Numbered from the stretch's first letter, positions 9,486 to 15,554 are shown. The stretch: 24,000 nucleotides of DNA from Candidatus Methanoperedens nitratireducens (GCA_020724545.1 DYGR01000001.1:34033-58032); one strand, 5' to 3'. The notes: generated by a model from the letters alone, not told the origin. Numbers and translations: made by a program.

Positions 9486-9838
9486 TCTTCGAAAGGGCGT
9501 TGCCTTGATGTCGTTAGAGATAGATATATATTAATTCCGATTGTAGCATAATGGATATGAGCATTGAATATACAGGAATTAATAAGGAGACGGTAGCAGG
9601 AGAGATTGAGAATTTTCTTGAATCCTGCCCGGAGGATACTGTATTTAAAATGGTGATTAATTCAAAGCGGGGATACCTCAGAATCAAGATAAAGAACGTC
9701 AACAAGAGCAGAATAAAGAAGTTACTGGGGAGATTGAGACGAAAACAGTCGGATATAATGTCAACTTCTCCGCCCTGAATGGCTGGAGCTTGCCGTGATG
9801 GAGGCAACTAAGAGTTGTACTAGGAGGCATTAAAAAAT
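9486..9838 (+). ncRNA. Candidate omega RNA (HEARO-like) region upstream of the IsrB-like gene; unverified
   Basis: A 353-nt gap of the size expected for an IscB/IsrB guide-plus-scaffold RNA, encoded 5' of the nuclease ORF. TATA-like ATATATATTA at ~9524-9533. Direct 10-nt repeat GAGATTGAGA at ~9601-9610 and ~9731-9740. No structure model could be run. A 75-aa ORF (9551-9778) competes for the same sequence. Confidence 0.3.
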
Positions 9839-11104
9839 ATGCAGACGCAGAAAAGCTACAAGAACGTTGGGATGCAAACCCTAGTCCCAAATAATTCGGC
9901 AGAACCATTCAATGCCACGTTCAGCGAAGCTGAGCTAAGCTTTTTTAGCAACTCCGAAGGGTGCTCAACTGAACTGGAACGGGTTGCAATCAACAGAATT
10001 CCAGTATTGAGCAAGAACGGAACACCTCTAATGCCGTGCAAACCAGCAAAAGCAAGAAAATTATTGGAATCAGGGAAAGCCATCAAAAAGTGGTCTAAAC
10101 TTGGAATATTCTATATCCAACTAACTTTTGACCCAACATCAGAACCTAACAAGAATCAGAAAGTAGTCTTAGGAATAGACCCTGGCTCAAAGTTTGACGG
10201 CTATGCCGTAACTACTGAGATAGTCAATCTTACAGGAATGTCAGAACTACCATCAGGAATCGCTGACAAGTTAGAAACCAGAAGAAGAATGCGAAGAGCA
10301 AGAAGGTACAGAAACACAAGACATAGACCCTGTAGGTTCGATAACAGGAACAGGGAAGGATTCATAGCGCCATCTCAAAGAGCGAAGGTCGAGTTCAGGT
10401 TAAAAATCGTAAAAGAACTATGCAAGCTATACCCTGCAACTGATTTTGCAGTAGAAGATGTAAGGTTTAATCATTACGAAAAGAGATGGGGCAAGCATTT
10501 CTCTACAGTAGAGATAGGGAAAACCATTCTATACACTGAACTGCAAAAGATAGGTACTCTGCACTTCTTTAATGGTTATGAAACAAAAGAAACAAGAGAA
10601 AAGCTCAGTCTAAAGAAATCGTCTAAAAAAGAATCAAGGAAACCAGAATCACATGCAACTGACGCAATAGCATTGGCATTCATGGTCAAGCCGATTAAGG
10701 TTACTTCGATATATCCATTCTATGTGTGGAAGAGATATCAGAATGCAAAAAGACAATTGCATAGACTTGAACCTGATACGGATGGCATCAGAAGAAGGTA
10801 TGGCGGCTCTAACTCGCTGAATCCGTTCAAGAAAAACGATGTAGTAAGATTCAAAGGAGAACTTGCTAGAGTTGGAGGATTTATGGATAAAAAAATATCA
10901 TTACACAACTATAATCTTAACAATAAAAGATTCACGCAAAATGCAACGTTAGATAATTGTTATCGATTATTCAACCAGAGAATAATGTTTGAAGTTGAAC
11001 ACGACAACAGGAGCGTAAATCCTGTATATATCAATGCAAGGGGTACGCTTCCTCCCGCCGCTAAAGCGGGTGGGTTTCCCCTACCCCTTGACCCCACGCT
11101 ATGA
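9839..11104 (+). CDS. isrB: IsrB-like OMEGA nuclease (PLMP domain + RRXRR bridge helix + split RuvC, no HNH)
   Basis: PLMP motif (VLSKNGTPLMPCKPAKARKLL, residues ~55-76). RuvC-I VLGIDPGSKFDGYAV (D114). Arg-rich helix ETRRRMRRARRYRNTRHRPCRFDNR. RuvC-II FAVEDVRF (E206). RuvC-III ESHATDAIALA (H272/D275). C-terminal DVVRFKGELARVGGF domain. Only ~65 residues separate RuvC-II from RuvC-III, and they contain no CxxC/H-N-H motif. AGGAGG RBS at 9822-9827. Confidence 0.75.
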   Translation: MQTQKSYKNVGMQTLVPNNSAEPFNATFSEAELSFFSNSEGCSTELERVAINRIPVLSKNGTPLMPCKPAKARKLLESGKAIKKWSKLGIFYIQLTFDPTSEPNKNQKVVLGIDPGSKFDGYAVTTEIVNLTGMSELPSGIADKLETRRRMRRARRYRNTRHRPCRFDNRNREGFIAPSQRAKVEFRLKIVKELCKLYPATDFAVEDVRFNHYEKRWGKHFSTVEIGKTILYTELQKIGTLHFFNGYETKETREKLSLKKSSKKESRKPESHATDAIALAFMVKPIKVTSIYPFYVWKRYQNAKRQLHRLEPDTDGIRRRYGGSNSLNPFKKNDVVRFKGELARVGGFMDKKISLHNYNLNNKRFTQNATLDNCYRLFNQRIMFEVEHDNRSVNPVYINARGTLPPAAKAGGFPLPLDPTL

Positions 11105-11661
11105 GCGATGAAGTTATTATAGGCATCAGTGGCGCTTCAGGGGTTCAATACGGGATACGCCTTCTTGAAACTCTAAAAAGCATGAAAGAATTTGAAACTC
11201 ATTTGATCATGTCAGAGTCGGCAAAACAACTTATCAAAATTGAAACTGATTTCTCAATACATGACATTGAGCAACTGGGTGATCATGTGTATGGCGATTA
11301 TGATTTTACAGCCCCTATAGCGAGCGGGTCTCACAGATCAAGAGGAATGATTGTTGCGCCGTGCAGTATGAAGACGCTTGCATCGATAGCTATCGGGATG
11401 TCGGATACACTGATCTCAAGGGCGGCAGATGTCTGCCTGAAGGAAAGACGCCCCCTTGTTCTGATGGTGCGTGAGACGCCTTTAAACCTGGTTCATATAG
11501 AGAACATGAGGCGGGCAGTAAGAGCAGGGGCACATATGCTTCCTGCAAGTCCGGCTTTTTATTCAAGGCCAGAATCTCTTGACGATATCATAAATTTCAT
11601 GGCAGGCCGTGCACTTGATCTCCTGGGCATTGAGCATAATCTGTACAAGCGGTGGAAGTGA
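11101..11661 (+). CDS. ubiX: UbiX-family flavin prenyltransferase (prenyl-FMN synthase)
   Basis: 186 aa. N-terminal IIGISGASGVQYGIRLLE, then MIVAPCSMKTLASIA and RPLVLMVRETPL, all typical of UbiX/Pad1. Confidence 0.9.
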   Translation: MSDEVIIGISGASGVQYGIRLLETLKSMKEFETHLIMSESAKQLIKIETDFSIHDIEQLGDHVYGDYDFTAPIASGSHRSRGMIVAPCSMKTLASIAIGMSDTLISRAADVCLKERRPLVLMVRETPLNLVHIENMRRAVRAGAHMLPASPAFYSRPESLDDIINFMAGRALDLLGIEHNLYKRWK

Positions 11662-12917
11662 TCGGATTGCGGCGATTTTTAGAACAGCTCAGATCCGAAG
11701 GAGTACTCAGGGAGATCAGAGAACCCCTCTCTCCTGTGTATGAGGTATCGGCCACAGTTGGAAAAGAACCAACACTGTTTACTGATGTCAATGGCTCAAG
11801 AGTGGTCATGAATATCCTTGGCTCAAGGGAACTGCTTGCAAAAGCCCTTGGAGTACCGCATAATAGAATAATACACCACCTGTCCTCATGCTCAACTGAG
11901 AGAAAAGTAAAGATCGTGGATGATTCGCCCGCAAAGGAAATTACTGAAAAACCTGATCTATCAAGGCTTCCTGTCCTTACACATTTTGAAGGGGACGGTG
12001 CGCCGTATATTACCTCTGGCGTCGTGGTCTCAGAGTACGACGGGGTAATGAATGCCTCGATCCACAGGCTTGGGGTAACAGGAAAGGACAGGCTTGTGGC
12101 ACGGCTTGTAGAATTCCGGCACACATATAATCTTCACAAGAAAGCCGCTGAGAATGGAGAGCCGCTGCCCATCGCAATTGTTATCGGCATCGATCCTGTG
12201 ATCCTGTTTGCAGTCTCAACGCGCGTGCCAGAAGGTCGGGAATTCAACTACGCATCAGCGCTAAGAGGCGAACCTGTTGAGTTATTTGAATGCAAAAACG
12301 GCATCAAAGTCCCGCATGCTGAGATCGTACTTGAGGGGTATATCCACCCCACAGAAGTTGCGGACGAGGGGCCATTCGTGGATATAAGCGGCACGTATGA
12401 TATAGTCAGGAAGCAGCCTGTGATCCATCTCACAAATATGATGCACAGGCGCGATCCGATTTACCATGCCCTCCTTCCTGCAGGCAGCGAGCATCACATA
12501 CTCATGGGAGTCCCTTATGAGCCCTTGATATTCAATGAAGTGAAAAAAGTGGCAGATGTAAGGAACGTAGTACTCACTTCTGGCGGATGCTGCTATTTCC
12601 ATGCTGCTGTGCAGATACATAAGAGCAATGACGATGAAGCAAGAAAAGCTATCGAGGCCACATTTGCTGCACATAAGAGCTTAAAGCATGTGATAATAGT
12701 GGATGAAGACATCAATATATTCGATCCGAACGATATCGAATTCGCAATAGCGACGAGAGTGAAGGGCGATGAGGATATTTATATTTACCCGAATGTGAGG
12801 GGAAGTACACTTGACCCGCGCTCTGAGAACGGTATAGGGACGAAGGTCGGGATTGACGCTACAATGGATCTAAGCAAGAGGTGGAAATTCCAGAGGGTGC
12901 CGAGGCCGAGGGTATGA
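11652..12917 (+). CDS. ubiD: UbiD-family decarboxylase (probable anhydromevalonate phosphate decarboxylase in this context)
   Basis: 421 aa with UbiD-like segments (..NASIHRL.., PIAIVIG.DP, EGPFVDISGTYD, the right length). GTG start overlaps the ubiX stop. The pathway role is inferred from the ubiX and aconitase-X neighbours. Confidence 0.85.
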   Translation: MEVIGLRRFLEQLRSEGVLREIREPLSPVYEVSATVGKEPTLFTDVNGSRVVMNILGSRELLAKALGVPHNRIIHHLSSCSTERKVKIVDDSPAKEITEKPDLSRLPVLTHFEGDGAPYITSGVVVSEYDGVMNASIHRLGVTGKDRLVARLVEFRHTYNLHKKAAENGEPLPIAIVIGIDPVILFAVSTRVPEGREFNYASALRGEPVELFECKNGIKVPHAEIVLEGYIHPTEVADEGPFVDISGTYDIVRKQPVIHLTNMMHRRDPIYHALLPAGSEHHILMGVPYEPLIFNEVKKVADVRNVVLTSGGCCYFHAAVQIHKSNDDEARKAIEATFAAHKSLKHVIIVDEDINIFDPNDIEFAIATRVKGDEDIYIYPNVRGSTLDPRSENGIGTKVGIDATMDLSKRWKFQRVPRPRV

Positions 12918-13019
12918 TTGAGTTTACCTGCATGAAGACTACGAAGGATGAGCGCGTTGAAGCAGCGGTTAAGATATAAAAACAATTAAAGGTATATCAG
13001 ACAATATTGCATGTAAAAG

Positions 13020-13307
13020 GTGATTCTGATGCTTATAGATTACATAAACAAAGCAATGAATAAAGCAGAATACGATAAACTGGAGGATGGTACCTTTTTT
13101 GGGAAGATTCCAGAATGTCCGGGCGTTCTTGCTTTTGGAAAAACGCTTTTTGAATGTCAGAATGAGCTAAGATCGGTACTTGAAGGCTGGATGATAGTTA
13201 AGATAAGACATGGCGATAGATTGCCTGTGATAGACGATCTCGATATTAATAAAGGAATTCCATCGGTCAATAAAAGAAATGAATTACAAAGTCAGCATTG
13301 TTATTGA
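13020..13307 (+). CDS. HicB-like (UPF0150 fold) antitoxin-family protein
   Basis: Pattern KAEYDKLEDGTFFGKIPECPGVLAFGKTLFECQNELRSVLEGWM matches the HicB/UPF0150 signature (..edG.y.g.iP.lpG..a.G.TleEa...l...le.w). The start may be ATG 13029 rather than GTG 13020. Confidence 0.6.
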   Translation: MILMLIDYINKAMNKAEYDKLEDGTFFGKIPECPGVLAFGKTLFECQNELRSVLEGWMIVKIRHGDRLPVIDDLDINKGIPSVNKRNELQSQHCY

Positions 13308-13431
13308 AAAAGATGAATATGGGTATTATGCTTATTGTCCGGAGCTTGAAGGATGTCAAACTCAGGGTGATTCTTTAGATGAAATAATGGTAAATATCAA
13401 AGAGGCTATCGAACTCTATCTGGAGACATAA
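13279..13431 (+). CDS. Second HicB-like small protein (50 aa), absent from the ORF track
   Basis: Hand translation: MNYKVSIVIEKDEYGYYAYCPELEGCQTQGDSLDEIMVNIKEAIELYLET*. This is the classic minimal HicB/UPF0150 pattern. It overlaps the upstream ORF by 29 nt. Confidence 0.6.
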   Translation: MNYKVSIVIEKDEYGYYAYCPELEGCQTQGDSLDEIMVNIKEAIELYLET

Positions 13432-13433
13432 AA

Positions 13434-13465
13434 AACCGCAGATGAACGCGGATAAACGCGGATGG
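13434..13465. repeat. Module A: three direct units CGCAGAT/CGCGGAT/CGCGGAT at 10-nt period (half module)
   Basis: Units at 13437-43, 13447-53 and 13457-63. There is no adjacent inverted arm; the inverse copies lie at 13926-13952. Confidence 0.85.
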
Positions 13466-13479
13466 CTGTTGTTCATCTT

Positions 13480-13545
13480 GACAGGATAACAGGATTAACA
13501 GGATTAAAATACAAAATATATCCTGTCAATCCTGTTAATCCTGTC
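13480..13545. repeat. Module B: 3x ACAGGAT, AT-rich loop, 3x ATCCTGT
   Basis: Forward units at 13481, 13489 and 13498; inverted units at 13520, 13529 and 13538. The outer ends GACAGGAT / ATCCTGTC are exact complements. Confidence 0.9.
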
Positions 13546-13565
13546 TGAATACGAGAAATTGACGG

Positions 13566-13847
13566 ATGGTCTCGACAGAACTCGAAGAAAATAAAGAAAA
13601 AATAAAAAATTATTGCGTAAAGAGAATTGGATTATTCGGCTCGTACATCAGAAACGAACAAAAATCTATGAGCGATATCCTTATCGAATTCGAAAAAGGT
13701 AAAGTAACATTTGACAACTACATGGATCTTAAATTCTTTCTAGAAGATCTGTTGAAATGTAAAGTTGATCTTGTAATGCATGACGCAATTAAACCTGATT
13801 TAAAACCATATGTTCTTGGGCGTGTAGAATATGCAGCGAACGAATGA
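13566..13847 (+). CDS. Minimal nucleotidyltransferase (MNT antitoxin family) with a degenerate metal-binding motif
   Basis: RIGLFGSYIRNEQKSMSDILIEFEKG matches the h-G-S-x(9-13)-D-x-D NTase pattern, except that SDILIEF replaces the usual SDIDLLVEF. The second Asp is therefore missing. Confidence 0.8.
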   Translation: MVSTELEENKEKIKNYCVKRIGLFGSYIRNEQKSMSDILIEFEKGKVTFDNYMDLKFFLEDLLKCKVDLVMHDAIKPDLKPYVLGRVEYAANE

Positions 13848-13925
13848 GGCATATCTTAACAATATTCTTGAATATAGCTATAAAATCGACAAATATAAAG
13901 AAAACATGGCTTTTGTTAATTGTGT
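13831..13925 (+). pseudogene. 5' remnant of a HEPN (DUF86) toxin gene, truncated by repeat modules
   Basis: MQRTNEAYLNNILEYSYKIDKYKENMAF resembles DUF86 N-termini (..YL.DIL.....I..Y...M.F) and overlaps the MNT stop, as in MNT-HEPN operons. From ~13926 the frame only translates tandem and inverted repeats (VSAFICVHLRLI...), and no Rx4-6H motif follows. Confidence 0.55.
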
Positions 13926-13994
13926 ATCTGCGTTCATCTGCGTTCATCTGCGGTTAATATTTTGTCCACCGCAAAGAACGCAGAGAACGCAAAG
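13926..13994. repeat. Module C: 3x ATCTGCG(TTC), loop, then CGCAAAG/CGCAGAG/CGCAAAG
   Basis: Left units at 13926, 13936 and 13946 (10-nt period); right units at 13970, 13979 and 13988 (9-nt period). The arms are imperfect complements. Confidence 0.85.
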
Positions 13995-14056
13995 CATAAC
14001 TACAATCTTTGCGAATTTTACGCCCTGGTATGAAAAAGTATTACAGCAGCGGCGTA

Positions 14057-14130
14057 GAACACGGATCAAACGGATATTCACGGGTAATTTCAATCCGTGC
14101 CAATCCGTGTCATCCGTGCAATCCGTGTTC
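14057..14130. repeat. Module D: ACGGAT, ACGGAT, ACGGGT, short loop, 4x ATCCGT(G)
   Basis: Forward units at 14061, 14070 and 14080; inverted units at 14093, 14103, 14112 and 14121. The outer 10-mers GAACACGGAT / ATCCGTGTTC are exact complements. Confidence 0.9.
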
Positions 14131-14165
14131 GATCACAATTGTTCTGTCATGAAAAAGACGATTAA

Positions 14166-14235
14166 CAACGAACTCAAAACGAACTTAAACGAACTCATAA
14201 GCCCGAGTTCGTATCGAGTTCGTACCAGTTCGTTG
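14166..14235. repeat. Module E: 3x ACGAACT, loop, 3x AGTTCGT
   Basis: Forward units at 14168, 14179 and 14189; inverted units at 14206, 14217 and 14227. The outer ends CAACGAACT / AGTTCGTTG are exact complements. Confidence 0.9.
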
Positions 14236-14298
14236 TTTATATTATCCGAACCACATCGGAATCTAAGATGCGATATAATTGAACTTTTTCATACCAGG

Positions 14299-14356
14299 AC
14301 ACAGAGAGCGCGGAGATTTTTTAAATATGTCTCTGTGTTCTCTGTGCTCTCTGTGG
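14299..14356. repeat. Module F: CACAGAGAG + degenerate unit, AT-rich loop, 3x CTCTGTG
   Basis: Inverted units at 14331, 14340 and 14349. The left arm keeps one good unit (14300-14308) and a degenerate one (CGCGGAGA). Confidence 0.8.
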
Positions 14357-14396
14357 TTTTAACTTCTCGTATAGCTTCTAAGTCACGGAGGCATGG

Positions 14397-15554
14397 ATGT
14401 ATCTAACACCTGATGAAGAAAAGCTCCTCAATGGAGAGCGCGGCCCAACATACCAGAAGGCTATCGAAATACTTGTTGCCCTCGGAGACATCTATGATGC
14501 CGACAGGCTGATTCCCATAAAAAGCGCACAGATCGCAGGTGTCTCGTACAAGACCATAGGCGATGCTGGCCTTGAGTGGATATCTGATCTAAAAGGAAAA
14601 GTGGCAGTACCCTCGATCCTGAATCCCGCTGGGATGGACAGGGAATGCTGGAGGGAGATGGGAATAGCAGGGGATTTTGCAGATAAGCAGGATAAGATCA
14701 TAAGGGCATACGAGGCGCTTGGTGTAAGAACTGAATGCACCTGTACTCCGTACAGCATCTTTGATGATCTGGCAGGATTGGGTGACCATGTGGCGTGGAG
14801 CGAATCCTCAGCCATCTCATATGCCAACTCTGTCATCGGGGCGCGAACGAACAGGGAGGGAGGACCAAGTGCACTTGCAGCGGCATTAACAGGCAAAACA
14901 CCGAATTTTGGATATCATCTGGATGAGAACAGAAGGCCCGCTATCTTAATCCAGGTAGATGCAGAGCTTCACGATTCTGATTACGGGGCTCTCGGGTATA
15001 TCGTGGGTGAGATAGCAGGAGACAGGGTTCCGTTTTTTAAACTCGAATCCACGCCATCAAAGGATGAACTTAAATCACTGGGTGCAGCGATGGCAGCGTC
15101 AGGCGCTGTGGCATTGTACCATGTCCAGGGTATCACACCTGAAGCCTGGAAATATGAACCTCCCGCTGAGAAGATCACGATAGAGGAGAGACAGATAAAA
15201 GAGGTGTATTCATCAGGTACACCTGACCTGATAGCATTCGGATGCCCTCACAGCAGCATTGATGAGCTTGAGCGGTTAGCACGACTATTAGATGGAAAAA
15301 AGGTGAAGAAGGAAGTATGGATATGCACCTCACGCGCCGTAAAGAGAGAGCATCCTCTTCTGGTAGAGCGCATAGAGAGAAGCGGTGCAAAGGTTTTCTG
15401 TGATACATGCATGGTGGTGTCCCCTGCAAGTGAGAGGTTCACCTGCATGATGGTAAATTCAGGCAAAGCGCATAAGTATGTGCCTAACCTGTGCGGCGTG
15501 AAGAGTATCCTTGCAACTACTGAGGAATGCATTGCTGCTGCACTGAGGGGTTAA
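14397..15554 (+). CDS. Aconitase X (DUF521) catalytic/large subunit; probable phosphomevalonate dehydratase large subunit
   Basis: 385 aa. MYLTPDEEKLLNGERGP...SAQIAGVSYKTIGDAGLEW...NPAGMD...C.C.PY...ESSA.SYANSV.GARTN is typical of the AcnX large subunit. GGAGG RBS at 14387-14391. The pathway role is inferred from ubiX/ubiD nearby. Confidence 0.8.
   Translation: MYLTPDEEKLLNGERGPTYQKAIEILVALGDIYDADRLIPIKSAQIAGVSYKTIGDAGLEWISDLKGKVAVPSILNPAGMDRECWREMGIAGDFADKQDKIIRAYEALGVRTECTCTPYSIFDDLAGLGDHVAWSESSAISYANSVIGARTNREGGPSALAAALTGKTPNFGYHLDENRRPAILIQVDAELHDSDYGALGYIVGEIAGDRVPFFKLESTPSKDELKSLGAAMAASGAVALYHVQGITPEAWKYEPPAEKITIEERQIKEVYSSGTPDLIAFGCPHSSIDELERLARLLDGKKVKKEVWICTSRAVKREHPLLVERIERSGAKVFCDTCMVVSPASERFTCMMVNSGKAHKYVPNLCGVKSILATTEECIAAALRG

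Larger units (their letters stand above)
13434..13955. repeat. Perfect 16-bp inverted-repeat pair (AACCGCAGATGAACGC / GCGTTCATCTGCGGTT) bracketing module B, the MNT gene and the HEPN remnant
   Basis: Left copy 13434-13449 and right copy 13940-13955 are exact reverse complements, checked base by base. Confidence 0.85.
14024..14298. repeat. Perfect 16-bp inverted-repeat pair (CCTGGTATGAAAAAGT / ACTTTTTCATACCAGG) bracketing modules D and E; MITE-like
   Basis: Left copy 14024-14039 and right copy 14283-14298 are exact reverse complements. The internal 243 nt has no credible ORF. Confidence 0.8.

Noticed and set aside
9537-9546. CGATTGTAGC could pair (with two G-U wobbles) with the first 10 nt of the CRISPR repeat: a possible anti-repeat or tracr-like element next to the IscB-family gene
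   Set aside because: It is only 10 bp including wobbles and does not extend. My rough estimate is that a match of this quality is expected by chance about once in this search space. Worth re-testing only if RNA-seq shows a transcript here.
9973-9981. GTTGCAATC, identical to the first 9 nt of the CRISPR repeat, inside isrB
   Set aside because: It lies in the coding sequence just upstream of the conserved PLMP motif, and similarity to the repeat stops after 9 nt. It is probably coincidental and not a degenerate repeat.
13831-14406. 191-aa ORF spanning the palindromic modules
   Set aside because: Only the first ~30 codons resemble a real protein (HEPN N-terminus). The rest translates tandem and inverted 7-mers (SAFICVHLRLI, QSVSSVQSV, VSVFSVLSVV), which is an artefact of the repeats.
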